Counted from the stretch's first letter, positions 24,618-37,974 are shown. The stretch: DNA of 64,000 bases from Chiloscyllium plagiosum (GCF_004010195.1 NC_057720.1:7553117-7617116); one strand, 5' to 3'. Notes: generated from the letters alone by a model not told the origin. Numbers and translations: made by a program.

Positions 24618-25249
24618 CACTGGCTAAGTTAAGGTGAGACTGATATCCAAAACACACCTTTCTCACCCCCAGCAACCTCTCACCAACCTGCTACTTCAAA
24701 AATAAATAACGAATGAGCAGGAAATATGGAAAGTATAGTGGAGACCACCCATGGACACGACTAGTCAACACTTACAGCAGAGGGAGGGAATGGGGGGAGC
24801 GTGGGATAAATTTGGCAGCAAAAGGGAGAGAGAGGAAAACAGGGGAAAAATGTGAGCGTGTTCCCTTAACAGCGGGCTGATTAATGGTTTGGAACACTGG
24901 TGCTGCATGTTCTCAATCTGTTACAAAGCTCAGTAGGCAAGGCAGGCTTACCTCCTCCGGGTTAGTGACCTCAAAATTGTCTGAGCTCTCAGACAGTAAA
25001 CCAACAACACATGAGAGTGGTTAACCATAAAAGCAAAGGAATCACTGCAGAAATAATTCCTCATTCAGCCTCTCCAGGCCAATCTGTTTTGGATTACAAA
25101 CCATCATAAGTTACCTCTGTTCTTCATTTTGCGTTTTTTTTAAGCACAGCAACTGTGAAAAGTCCCATTTACTGAGGGAAAGGAAAGGCACTTTTCTGGA
25201 TCTGGTCCACCCGACAGACAGCGGGTCAAACCAACCAGCCACAGATTTG

Positions 25250-25885
25250 AATTGCACACCGATGTATCTTATTTATCCTCCTCACAATGTGGTCTCCTCT
25301 GCATTTGGGAAAGGGAATGCAGAATGGGCTACTGCTTTGCAAAACACTTACATCCTGGCCACAAAATGACCCCAAGCTACCAGTTACCTACCACTTCAAC
25401 ACCCCCACCCTGTTCCCTGGCCAACTTCGCTGCCTCGGGCCTGCTGCACTGCCCCAGTGAAGCTCAGCACAAGCTGGAAAAACAGCAACTCATTTTCTGC
25501 TTGGGGAACCTACAGCCTTCGGGACTCGATATTGAGGTAAATAGTTTTAGGGCCTGAACATCTTTGTCTATGTCTTTTACCCACACCCCATGCCCTGTTA
25601 TCATCACCTTCAGCACAGCCAACCCATTTTTACCTACATATGGTCTTCATTATCAGCTTTTCTTTCTCAACATCCATCCCTTTGTCTGTCTTTCTCTTCC
25701 TCTGGGTTCCATCTCTGCCTCCACTCACTCCTTTCTGCCCCCCCACTACTGTCTTCAGCATACATATAATCTTTTCTGCGCTACCATCACTTGACGGTCA
25801 CTTGACTCAAAAAGTTAACTCTGCTTTCTCTGCATTGATGCTGCCAGACCTGTTGAGTTTCTCCAACGATTTCTGTTTTTATCTT
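25250..25885 (+). mobile_element. Degraded Penelope-like element (GIY-YIG end plus terminus)
   Basis: CGLLCIWE..CRMGYCFAKHL...GLLHCPSEAQHKLEKQQLIFCLGNLQPSGLDIE. Confidence 0.85.
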
Positions 25886-27059
25886 ATTTACAGATTTTGT
25901 TAAAGGCATGCCTGACATCTGAACAGAGTAATTAGAAATATCTAGAAGCACATCAATACTCCAACTAATGATCACTGTTGTTAAATGCTCTCCCAAAAAC
26001 ATCAAGCTGTCTCCATCGCCCTATTATTACCCAATCAAGCAGGAATGTAAAGATTCAAGTGTTCTACCTCTCTCTCACTGGCATGAATCTCATGGGGTCT
26101 GACCCTGTACCTTGAGCACATCAACATTCTCCTGTGAAATACCTGACACATATTAATAAATGACAACACTAAGACGTGTAGGATATATCCTGTGAAATCT
26201 GGAAAGATAGATGCTTCAAATGTGTTCTCTGAGCACTGCTGGCAAACCTATCTGTACAGTAGTGACTGAGTTCGACTCCTTCAATTCTCAGTTGACATCT
26301 CAAATGTTGAGCGGAACATATTTACTTAATATCTTGTTTTTATGCTTTACAAGTGCCTAATTTCAAAAGGTATAATCCACACCCACACAGTGTCAGTGAG
26401 AGGAGTGCTGCAGGGCGGTGAATGTACAAACATAGATCTGTAGACATCCCATAATTTACACTGGCAAACCAATGTGATTAATGCACATTCTAAGACTATA
26501 TTCTGAGTAGGTAATGCTCCCCTGCTGAATTCAATACAAATAAGTCTGGTGTTCCTATTAAAAGAGAAAATGCTTCTCATTTTGTGTGTTAGTTCAGACA
26601 CCTCTCCAATCCTTTTGCATTTTGAGTCAAGTGGCCCACTTTTGCGCGTTGGCAAAGACATCAAACCTGGAACTTTCCATTTCTATGTGACATCTTGAGA
26701 AATTTGCAGTGACCCTTTTTCGTGTTCACAGGATGTGGATGTCACAGACGTGGCCAGCATGAATTGCCCAATCCCTAAACGCTCTCAGCGGTAAGACATT
26801 TTCTGATGATCACAGAGTGGTCTGTTTGGTTCACCAAAAGTTGGCTACGTTGCTGTGGGTCTGGACTCACGGACAGGACAATCTGGGCGAGGACATCATC
26901 AGATCTGTCTCCCTGAAGAGTATTAGCGAGCCAGCAGTCTGGTAGTTTGATGGTCATCACAATAAAAGATTCCAGCTGCAAGCAGCTAACATAGGATAGG
27001 CTGGGAATTAACCACAGGACTCACTGACCTGGTGTGCTCAGTTAACTCCCTGTGTTCCA

Positions 27060-27310
27060 GTCGTCACTCAGTTCGTTGCACACTCACTGTGAGGAGCCGT
27101 TGGTTCAAGACCCACTTGAGCACAAAAATGCTCAACTGATATCCATGTGCAGCGCTGAGGCACTATTGGAGAAGCAACCTTACGATCGCAATGTTAAGCC
27201 AAGAACTGATGTGTCCTTTCAGGAGTAAGAAATATCATGACACTGATTTTGAAGAGGAGTAGGAAAGCTTTCTCTGATCAATATTCATTCCTCAGTCAAC
27301 GTCTGAAACC
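27060..27310 (+). mobile_element. Deu-domain SINE (SacSINE1/AmnSINE1-like), degraded
   Basis: tRNA-like head then GTGCAGCGCTGAGG...GTTAAGCCAAG...TTTGAAGAGGAGTAGG, resembling the Deu core. Confidence 0.55.
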
Positions 27311-28070
27311 ACTGTGCAAGAATGTAATAACCTTGTGGTATTATCACTGGACTGTTAAACCAGAAGTTTTGGGTTCAAATCCCCTAGAGCAGATGGTGGA
27401 ATTTGAATTTAACAAAAAAAAACCTAGAATGTAGTGCAGTTGTAGTAGCATCCCTACCTCTGGACTGAGAGAACTGGGTTCAAGTCCCACCTGCTCCAGA
27501 GATGTGTAATAAATACCTGTGAACCGGTTAAATTTTTAAAAGTCAGCAAAAAACCCATCTGATTCACTAATATCCTTTAGGGAAGGAAATCGACCATCAT
27601 TACCCGGTCTGGCCTACATGTGACTCCAGACCCACAGCAATCCAGTTGACTCTTAATTGCCCTCTGGGCAATCAGGGATGGGGGCAATAAACGTTGGGCT
27701 AGCATTTTAAAAAAAAAAATTGAGAGAGCTTCCTGCATTGTTTCTAAAAATTGATTCACAAGCTGTGGTCAGGTGTCGTTGGGGAAGTGGCAATAAGCCG
27801 TGTTCTTGAACAGCTGCGTCCATGTGCTTGTGGTCCTTTCTGACAGTTAACACAACTGAGTGGCTTGCTGGGCCATTTCAGAAGGCAGTTAAGAGTCAAC
27901 CACATTGCTGTGGGTCTGGAGTCACATGGAGGGAATAAATGACAATTGTGAACTAGCTGGTTCTTATCAAATCATTCCATCATTAAACTGCTAATTCCAG
28001 CTTCTTAAAGAAAAAAAAATGAGAATTGTAGCACCTTGTCTCCAGAACAGCACCTTGGTCTCTAGATTAC

Positions 28071-28365
28071 CATCAAAAAGTGCTGGAAAAGCACAGCAGG
28101 TCAAGTAGCATCCGAGGAGCAGGGGAATCAAAGTTTCGGGCATAAGCAATTCATCAGGAATGTGTGGGTTGGTGGGGGAGTAGGTGGGGGAAGGGGGAAG
28201 GGTGGGGGTGGGGGATAAATAGGAGGGTGAAGGTAACTTGGTAGGCGATGGGTAGATGCAGGTGGAGGGTGATGGTGATAGGTTGGAGCGGAGGTTAGAG
28301 TGGATTGATGGGAAGGAAGATGGACAGGTGGAATAGTTCAACAGGATGGTGCTGAGTTGGAGGGT
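28071..28365 (-). mobile_element. Penelope 3' terminus insertion with 12-bp TSD
   Basis: TSD TCTCTAGATTAC at 28059-28070 and 28366-28377; P1 arm followed by G-rich pseudo-LTR. Confidence 0.85.
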
Positions 28366-29034
28366 TCTCTAGATTACTGTCCAGTGATGATGTCACAAGG
28401 CCACCATCTCCCCCAGTTGATATAATTCTTGTTGGAACAGTGAGTAATCACCAAGGATACTTTGCTGGTCTTAAACACAGAGAAATTCTGAAATAAAGAC
28501 AGAAAATGCTGGAGGAATTCAGCAGGTCTGGCAATATCTGTGGAGAGAAAAGCAGAATTAAAGAACTCTTCTGGAGGAGGGGGACTGGACCCAAGATGTT
28601 AACTCTTTTTCACTCTCTACAGATTCTGCCAGATCTGCTAAGTTTCTCCTGCAGTGTATGGTTCTTGATTATTTCATACTTTGTGAGAGATGTTCAGTGT
28701 TACCTGATTAGCTGTAAATTCTATTCCCACCTTGCCTAGACCATAGAGGAAGACCTAGACTCCAGACCCACAGCAATCCAGTTGACTCTTAATTGCCATC
28801 TGGGCAATCAGGGATGGGGGCAATAAATGTTGGGCTAGCATTTTTTTAAAAAACTTGAGAGCTTCCTGCATTGTTTCTAAAAATTGATTCACAAGCTGTG
28901 GTCAGGTGTCGTTGGGGAAGTGGCAATAAGCCGTGTTCTTATTGGAGCAAACCACAGAACAGGATACTGTAGGGATAAGGTTGTGCAGCTGTGAAATGTC
29001 TACGTACTTCCAGGAGCTGGAAAATGTTGATAGA

Positions 29035-29385
29035 AATGACAAAAAAATCTTGCATTTAGATAGTGTATTTCACAACCACTAGATACCCCAGGGCACTTTA
29101 CGGCCAATGCTGTTCTTTCTGAAGTGCAGTCTCTCTGTTGGTGGTGGAAGCAGAGCAGCCAATTGCCCCCTAGCAAGCTCCCACAAACTTGCAATGTGAT
29201 AATGACCAGATGATCTGTTTCTGTGACATTGATTGAGGGCAATTATAGTCGGAGACATCAGGGATAACTTGCCCTGTTGTCCTTTGATCTAGTGCCTGGG
29301 AATCTTTAACACCCACTCAAGTAAGCAGCTGAGGCTTTGATGTAATGTCTCATCCAAAAAGTGACAACATATTTGGTTCCATACT
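29035..29385 (-). mobile_element. Deu-domain SINE (SacSINE1-like)
   Basis: Plus strand CTTGCATTTAGATAG...GCAAGCTCCCACAAAC...GTGATAATGACCAGAT...GTCTCATCCAAAAAG, the reverse of the Deu core plus tail. Confidence 0.7.
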
Positions 29386-30454
29386 GGAGTCAAGCATTTA
29401 CAAAACCCCATCATGAACTGTGGTTACAATGGCCTAACATTAATTTTAACTCTATCATGGGACACATGCTTTACTAGCAAGACCAACATTTGTTGTCCAG
29501 CTATAATTGGCTTGAACTACATCAACCAAGATATTGTCCACATCTTGTTGCATTCAGACATGAGCTATTTCAGTATTTGAATATTCGTGAATGATGTCGA
29601 ACATTGGTGAATTTCTGCTGATTGCACAAAGTTCCTAAGGCAGCACCTTCCATATCCACAACCGCCACCATCTGGAAGGACAAAGGAAGCAGCTAAGTGG
29701 GAATATCACCACATGCAAATTCAACTCCGAACCTGGGTCAAAATCTTGGAACTCCCTCCCTAACAGTATTGTAGACCAGTCCACACCAAATGGACTGCAG
29801 TGATTCAAGAAGGCAGCTCACCACCATGTTCTCAATAGCAATGAGGAATGGACAATAAATAATGGCGCAGCTAGTGATGTCCACATTACATGAATAAATG
29901 AAGAAATATAGATGGCAACCAGGAGTCAACCACAGCACACCAAGGTTAGGGTGGCAAATTTTCAACTCAAAAGGGCATTAGTGAACCAGATGGGTTCTGA
30001 CATTGATATCATGATTTTTACATTCTAGATTTGAATTCATTGAATTGAAATATCACTAGCTTTCAGTTCAGAATTTGAACCCCTGGACACTAGCCTGGAC
30101 ATTTGGATCACTAGTCTAGCAACATTGACACCATGTAATTGTATCCCCATAAATCTGGAGGACCACACTTGTGGAATGTCTTAATAGCAAGAAGCAGGTA
30201 TTTGTAATGAGCTGGGGTGTAAAACGAAGATAAGGTGAATTATCCTGGTCTATATCTCCTAAAAGCAATGCATTAATGAAACCATTACAACAACATGATA
30301 CAGAGATCAGAAATGCCAGGTTTGATTCCTATATACAATGACATCCTTTCTTCACACTCCCGAAAGCTTCCCATGTTGAGTAAACTGATTTCTTATCTGG
30401 CAGTGACAACCATCAGTCATTTTCAAACTTCTTTCATGGATTGGGGGCACTTTT

Positions 30455-30685
30455 TTATTTATACATTCATTTGTGGGATGTCAGTGTCTCTAGCTGGGCC
30501 CAGCATTTATTGCCCATCCCTAGTTGCCCCTTGAGAAGGTGGTGGTGAGCTGCCTTCTTGAACCGCTGCAGTCCATGTGTTGTGAGTTGATGCCACGAAT
30601 CCATTGGGGCGGGGCGGGGGTGGAATTTCCAAGATTTTGACCCAGTGCCAGAGAAAGAAAGGTGATATATTTCCAAGTCATTGGA
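30455..30685 (-). mobile_element. LINE family B 3' end
   Basis: TTTATTGCCCATCCCTAGTTGCCCCTTGAGAAGGTGGTGGTGAGCTGCC. Confidence 0.85.
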
Positions 30686-30964
30686 CACTCCTGTATCAAT
30701 GGTAAACATATGAATTAGTAGCAGGAGTAGGTAACTTCATTCCTCAAACCTGCACTGCTATTCAATAAGATTAAGGATGATCTGACAGCTTCATATTTCT
30801 GTCTTCCCCTTGGTTTATCAACTCTTCCTTAAAGGAACTCATTGCAGGAATCTGGGCCAGGAGCAGGCAGGTGGGACTGGTTTAGTTTGAGATTATGGTT
30901 GGCATGGACTGGTTGGACCGAAGGGTCTGTTTTCGTGCTGTATAACTCTATGACTCTTTTTCCA

Positions 30965-31305
30965 CACCCTTTATGTGCCAGAGAATCTCTGCAGCATGGT
31001 CCAACAAATCCACATCAACCCTCCGAAAAGAATCCCACCCAGATCTTATCCCTATAGCCCTGCATTTCTTCCATGGCTAATGTACCTAATCTACACAGCC
31101 CTGAATACTATGGACAATTTGGCATGGCCAATTCACCTAACCTGCACATTTTTAGACTGTGGGAGGAAACTGGAGCACCTGGATGAAACCCACGCAGACA
31201 CAGGGAGAATGAGCCTCCTTCACACAGACAGTCGGCCAAGGCTGGAATCAAACTCAGGTCCCTTGTGCTGTGAGGTAGCCACGCTAACCACTGAGCCACC
31301 CTACC
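30965..31305 (-). mobile_element. HE1-type V-SINE (older)
   Basis: V-domain and head on the minus strand. Confidence 0.85.
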
Positions 31306-31589
31306 GTCTTTTGAGGAAGACCGTTCCAAAGGTTCATGACCCTCAGTGTGAAGAAATTTCCCTTTAACTCTGTCATACATGGGTAACCACTTACTTTTAA
31401 ACAGTGACTACCAGTTTTGGATTTTCCCAAAGAAATTAAGTGAATTCAAGCCTAACGTGCCCAGCCATTCTTCATCCAGCCCAAATATTAGTCCAGTAAA
31501 TCTTCTCTGAAGTGCTTCTCGTACATTTACTTAAATAAAGAAATCAGTACAAACCTGATATGGTCTCATCCACACACAGAATACGTCTA

Positions 31590-31915
31590 ACAGACTATGC
31601 GGCAGCTCTCTCATTAGAGGGGAATGATTGGCTTAACCTGAGGGTCACCACACCCCAGGTCAGGGAAGAGGTTGAGAAGGAGAAGATCACTTCATAGTGA
31701 CCTCAGCCCATGTGGGAACTGAACCCACACTGTTGGTGTTACTCTGCATTACAAACCACACCCATCCAACTGACCTCCAGCCAGTCAGCTGGATGGATGT
31801 TTTGCAATTTTGAGTGAGACCAAACAGCATAGGTTCAATTCCTGCACTGACTGGGGCTAATATGAAGAACCAGAGGGCAGCCCTGTGACTTTCTGGGACT
31901 ATGGCAATTTTATCA
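31590..31915. mobile_element. Two head-to-head copies of a third tRNA-headed SINE (S3)
   Basis: Minus copy 31590-31778 (TTAACCTGAGGGTCACCACACC...GAACCCAC) and plus copy 31780-31915 (CAGCTGGATGG...GGTTCAATTCC...GACTATGGC); other copies near 19225-19400, 32815-33005 and 62205-62285. Confidence 0.65.
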
Positions 31916-34224
31916 CTGCGTTGCAAAATTGAAGTATACACTCCCTACTTCTGTATTCGATTCATCTGTTGCACATCCTGAATTGGCCTAATACCATGAT
32001 AGTGAGCATGTTAAACTGCTGCAGTCCATCTGGTGCAGAAACAGCATCGGCGCTATTAGGGAAGGAGTCCCACTTAGACAATGAAGGAGCAGTGTCAAGA
32101 TGGTGTGTGTCCAGGATAGAATGTGGCATTCCCCTTTGTCTGATGCCCTTGTCTTTCTCGTGGTGGCAGGCACAGGTTTGGAACGTGTTCTGGGAGGAGC
32201 AGATGTCCTGCGAGTCACTGCAGGACATCTTGTAGATATATACATGCCCCAACAATATGGAGCAGCACAGACAGTTCAATGAAACATTCCAACAACATCA
32301 GAACCTGACCAACTGTAAATCACTGCACACAATGTCCTCAGGCAGTACTTCAAAGAGCTTTCTTAGACTTCATATTCAACAACAGAATTCAACTTAAGCA
32401 GAGAGTCTGGATGGGCTGTGATTGCTAAAAGTTATAAAGGGTTGTCACAGAATAAGTAAGGAGAACCAGTTTTCACTGAGAGGAGGGATGGTTCCCCCAG
32501 TATCTATATCCACCGTCCCTTCAGGCAATGCATTCCAGATGATAATTTCTCAGTACGTAATAAAATTCATCATCTCCTCTCTGGTGCTCTTGTCAACCCT
32601 TTAACCTTCCCAATTAAGAGGAGTCAGTGATGCAGCAACAATATCACTCGGCTCACTATCCAGAGCTCCAGGCTAATGTTCCAGGGAATAAAAGCAAAAT
32701 AATGCAGATGCAGGAGCTCTGAAATAAAAATAGAAAATGCTAGAGAGACTAAGCAGGACTGGTAGCATCTACGGAGTGAAAACAGAGTTAATGTTTTAAG
32801 TCTGATATGATAAAGGTCAAGCTACCATAGCCCTGCTCTCTCCTTGGACAGAGATGACTGGTGGTAAATTAACCTGAGGATCATCATGCCTCAGGCTAGG
32901 GGAGCAGTTGAGAAGGAAAGTCCTTCATGGTAACCTCAGCTGGTGCGGGAATTCATCCCACGCTTTTGGTGTGACTGCGTTGCAAACCAGCTATCTAGCG
33001 AACTGATACGAAACTTCTTTGCAACCACTTCTGAAACAGAATCTTTGAGCTTGGAATGCTAACCCTGCTTTCTCTCTCTGCAGATACTGCCAGAGCTGCT
33101 GAGTTTCTCCAGCAAGTTCTGTTTTTATTTTTCTTGTTCTTGAATTGTAGGCTTATACGCAGATGGTCAAATTTAAGTTCGACAAAATCTGGAATTAAAA
33201 GCTACTCTACTGGTGACTATGTAGCTCCTGTCAACTGTCATAAGGACTTACTTTTGGAAAGGCAATCCACCATCTTTACTGGATCTGGCCTACATTTGTC
33301 CAGAACGTTATGGTTCACAGATAACTGGCCCTTGAAATGATGCTGAAAGCCAACTAGTTAAAAGCAACAGATACCAGTCTTGATCATGCCATCCACATCC
33401 CACACAAGAATTTAAAACTATAATGAAATGAAGCCCCAAATTCTGAATAAAAACCAAAAGGACTGCGAACACTGGAAGTCAGAAGCAAATCAGAAATTGT
33501 TGGAAAAGCTCAGCAGGTCAGACAGCATCTGTTGAGAGAAATCAGAGTTAACATTTCGGACCCTCCCTCAAGAATGACACTCCATAAAGTTCTGGAGAAA
33601 CTCAGCAAGTCTGGCAACATCTATGTGGAATGACGCAGAGTTAATGTTTTGAGTCTGGTATGACTTTCTCAGAACTGACGATTCCAATAAAATTCATATT
33701 CAATTCTTACTTTGCTTTTCTCTCCCCACAGATACGTGCCAAAATAGCTGCCATGTTTGCTTTCAAAACAACTGTAATTACATTTGTAAAATAATCAATT
33801 GGCAATGAATTGGCTTGGGGATGTACACAGGATGTGAAAGATGCAACTGCTTTCCTTTCTTCTATCTGTCTACTGAATATTAAATAAAGACAACAACCAT
33901 AATGGTCTGATTCTCACCATTTTGGATCCCCACAACTGTAATGCTGATCGTTAAAACAAGGATCAAGGCTGCTTTTTCACATCTAATAGAAATATGTGTG
34001 TACAAAACCATTCTCATTTTCAAAATTGGCCCCATTCATATAGGCACAGTGCAACTCTGGATAATGGGCTTCTCGTTCAGGCATGTAGAAAATACAAAGA
34101 CAGTCCTTCATATCTTTAAAAGCATTGGACCTAACCTCCCACCCTATGTGCTCCACCTCTTTGGAGGTGTTCGAGAGTGAGCATGAAAAAAGAGTCTATT
34201 GGAGACATAGAACAACTCTATGAG

Positions 34225-34532
34225 AGCAAGAGAGAATGAGTGAGTGTTGGTGCACATATGCGAGTGTGTCTTTCTGCACATGTGCATGAGTGTGAGCGTG
34301 TGTGTGCTTCTGTGCATGTACATGCATTTGTGCGCAAGTTCATGTGCGTATGCACCTGTATGCATGTGTGTGTGTATGTGGCATGCATACATGTGTCTGT
34401 CTGAGTGTATGAGTGTGTCCACGTATGTGAATATGAGTGGGAATGTGTGTGTATGAAAGCATGAGAGTGTCTGTAAATGGATGCACATGCGTATGTGTGT
34501 GTGTATGTGTATGTGTGTGTGTGTGTGTGTGA
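34225..34532. repeat. Degenerate (TG)n microsatellite
   Basis: Direct inspection. Confidence 0.9.
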
Positions 34533-34549
34533 GCATAAAAGTGATAAAA

Positions 34550-35035
34550 CACATTCTATCTGGATGCATTACAGCTTGGTAAGGTAACTGCTCTGCTCAG
34601 GACCATAAGAAACGACAGAGTGTTGTCAACACTGTCCAGTCCATAATGCAAGCCAATCTTTCATCCATTAACTCCAAGTACACTTCTCATTGCCTCGGAA
34701 AGGCAGCCAACATCATCAAAGACCTCTCCCACCCCGATTATAATCTCTTCCAATCTCTTCCGTCAGACGGAAGATACAAAAGCTTAAACACATGTATCAA
34801 GAAATTCAAAACAGCTTCTTCCCTGCTGTTACTAGTCTTCTGAATGTTCCTCTCAAATTTTTAATTTAATTTTGACCTCACTCCTTGCGCACCTTCTCTG
34901 TAGCTGTAACACTGTATTCCTCGCTCTGTTGTATTATCCTAATGCACTTTGTATGGTATGATCTGCCTGCACTGTATGCAAAAACAAAAATTTTCACTGT
35001 ACCTGGGTATATGCAACAATAATAAATCAAACCAA
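34550..35035 (+). mobile_element. Rex1/Babar-type LINE 3' fragment
   Basis: ILSGCITAW*GNCSAQDHKK...CLGKAANIIKDLSHPDYNLFQSLPSDGRYKSL...SFFPAV; AATAAATCAAA tail. Confidence 0.85.
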
Positions 35036-35384
35036 AAAAGTGTGAATTGGAGCTAACTAACTAGCTGCCTTATTTGCCAATTCAGTATGAATCGCTTGAC
35101 TTCAAATCTACGATGGCAAGTAAAACCTTTGATGTCTTTCAGTCAAATGAAAGAAAAGAATAAATGTCCTTCAGAGGTAGACATTTACTCCTTTAAACGT
35201 TTCTTATAGAAATGTGAACAGGTAAAAAGGTCAAGTATTTAAATGTGCAAATGAGATCAGATGTAGCAGCACTGCATCTTGGCCTGATGTGTTTGTGACG
35301 CTCAAACTCACATCAGCTGCTGACGTGAATTTGTTCATTTCCAAATGAGTGTGTACAAACCAGAGTCTTTAAGCAAACATGAAC

Positions 35385-35476
35385 CCACCCACACACACAC
35401 AGACACACACACACACACACACACACAGACACACACACACAAATTACACACACACACACACAGACACACACACACA
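35385..35476. repeat. (CA)n microsatellite
   Basis: Direct inspection. Confidence 0.95.
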
Positions 35477-36419
35477 AATTCAATCAACAGCTTGTCAAGT
35501 AACACTTAAAGCCTTTTATATACTTTTATATATGGTAGATAATAGAAAGTGCTGGAAATAAACAGCATTGGCGAAGAGCAAAATAGATAAGACATTTTTT
35601 AAAATTCACTCGTGAGATAGGCCAGCAATTATTGCCCATCCCTAGTTGCCCCTTGAGAAGGTGGGAGGTGAGCTGCCTTCTTGAACAACTGCAGTCCACC
35701 TGCTGTAGGTAGACCCACAATGCCCATAGGGAAGAATTCTCCAGTTCAACTCCACTTTGTGGAATGCCTCAACAAAGTTTGTGAACTTGAACCCGGACTG
35801 TCAGTTTAACTCTCCAACGTCTCCCAATCTGACCTCAGCCTCTTCCAATGAGGTTCCACACAAGCTTGAGAAACAGCAACCCGATCTTACATAGGGGCAC
35901 TCTCCAGACATCTACATTCAGCACCAAATCCAACAATCCAGATCAAAACTCTCGCCATCACTTTGTTTCAATTATCTTTGCCTGCCTCGGTCTCAATCCT
36001 GTGTTTATCTCACTTTCAAAGGTCAAGAGTTCATCATTTGGCTACCCACACCTCCTCTTGACCCATTTATGTTCCTTCATCAGTCCATTTCCATTCCATT
36101 AACTCCTTTCTTCTATAATCATAGAAGATAGCACAGCAGGTCATCTGAGGAGTAAAAGAGTCAACATTTTGGGCGAAACCCTTCAGTAAGACTGGCTCCT
36201 CAGATGCTGCCCAACCTGCTGTGCATTTTCCATCGCTACATTTTATCAACTCTGACTCCTCCAGCATCTGCAATCCTCACTGTCTCTAATATAATCATAC
36301 CTGCATTTCACTCCATTGCAGACTTTCCCTTTTGTTCTTTGTCCTGCCCTTCCCTCTTGTTCTTGCTTCACTACTAACATGCTGAGTTCTGACACAAGTT
36401 CAAAGACCTGATATTCACC

Positions 36420-36745
36420 CAATACCTTCAGACAGCACCTTTCAAACCTACACCCACATCCATCGAGAAGGACAAGGGCAGCAGACACGCAGGAACACCA
36501 CCATCTGCAAGTTCCCCTCCAAACTACTCACCATCCTGACTTGGAAATATATCACTGTCCCTTCAGTGTCACTGGATCAAAATTTTGGAATTACCTCCCT
36601 AATGGCATTGTGGGTCAACCCACAGCAGGCGGATAGCAGTGGTCCAAAAGGCAGCTCACCACCACCTGCTCAAGGGGCAACTAGGGACGGGCAATAAATA
36701 CTGGCCCAGCCAGCGATACCCACATCCCATAAAAATGAATAACTA
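36420..36745 (+). mobile_element. LINE family B 3' end
   Basis: CAGCACCTTTCAAACC...GGCAGCTCACCACCACC...GGGCAATAAATACTGGCCCAGCC. Confidence 0.88.
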
Positions 36746-36961
36746 AAAATAAAACCAGAAAGTGGTAGAAATATGGAATATATTGTTTGAGAGAGTGATG
36801 GAGGCAGATACTCTTGCAATGTTTAAGAAGCAATTGGATGAGCACTTAAAATACCAGGGCGTAGTAGGCTACTGAGTTAAGAATTGTTTTTACCTTACTG
36901 AGTTAAGAAGTGTGGTGCTGGAAAAGCACAGCTGATCAGGCAGCATCCAAGGATCAGGAGA

Positions 36962-36995
36962 GTCGACGTTTCGAGCATAAGCTCTTCATCAGGAA
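36962..36995 (-). ncRNA. Minimal hammerhead ribozyme motif, core intact (P1 arm; TSD AGGCTACTGA at 36866 and 36995)
   Basis: Minus strand UUC-CUGAUGA-A-GAGC(UUAU)GCUC-GAAA-CG-UC-GAC. Confidence 0.7.
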
Positions 36996-37066
36996 GGCTA
37001 CTGACCAAGTGCAGGCAAATGGGTTGAGTATAGCTTGGTGCTTATTGGTCAGCATAGACATGGTCG

Positions 37067-37248
37067 GAAGTCGCATAACACCAGGTTATAGTCCAACAGC
37101 TTTATTTGAAATCACAAGCATTTCGAGCGCTGCTCCTTCGTCAGATGAAGCTTGTGATTTCAGATAAACCAGTTGGACTGTAACCTGGTATCATGTGACT
37201 TCTGACTTTGTCCACCCCATTCCAACACCAGCACCTCCACATCGTGGC
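37067..37248. mobile_element. Palindromic element family P3 with central hammerhead-like motif (37116-37144, minus)
   Basis: Arms CCAGGTTATAGTCCAAC...AAATCACAAGC / GCTTGTGATTTC...GTTGGACTGTAACCTGG; core CUGACGA-A-GGAGC(AGC)GCUC-GAAA-UGC-UU-GUG. Confidence 0.8.
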
Positions 37249-37974
37249 TAGTAGGGACATGGTGGGCCAAAGGGACAATTTCTATGACCTATGAAGCAGG
37301 TTGAACACAAACCTCTTCACTCAGAGGCCAGGACACTACCACTGTACCATGAAATCTCTTACTGAGAGCAGAGAAGCCTGTATCAGTAGCCATTCCAAAC
37401 GGTTTAAAACAATGAATTCTTCAATCAGAAGATAGATGGGGACCTATATTGATTAATAACAGCCCCAGATCACAGAGCGCAGAAGGTTTGGAATGGAGAA
37501 GACCAAAAGATATTTCATTTGAAGATTTAGGCTCCTTCATGGCTTACTAATAATAATTTCTATTCCAACGGAAAATTTGGAAGTGCTGTGTCTTAGAGAA
37601 ACAAATTGTTCCCAGAAGGAATGGTATCAGTGAAGCGTACCATTATATTTTGCAAGGCCTGAGACAGAGTGAAGGTCATGGTTCCTCTAATAGCACTTTT
37701 GACAACAAGGACTGCCTAATTAACCCTCAGCACTTAAGAATGACTTATTGCTGATTATCACACATTCTGAAGCAGGTAAAGACAGCTGTCTTGGGAAGAA
37801 CACATCTGATTATGAAAATTCCAGTGAAAATTGCCATAGCTAGCAATAGCACAGTCCTAGATGGCAATTTATCATGCAGGAGGTACAGTCAATTGTACTG
37901 AAGCTTGGGCAGTCTTATTAACATTTACTCCAAACAATATGTTAGTAAGAAGTATACAGTAGTATGTAAATCAC

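Noticed and set aside
24226..34569. His/Thr- or Cys/Val-rich ORFs at 24226-24675 and 34144-34569
   Set aside because: Translations of degenerate TG/CA microsatellites
37828..37870. Hairpin AAATTGCCAT...ATGGCAATTT as a pre-miRNA
   Set aside because: Stem too short and no known mature miRNA recognised
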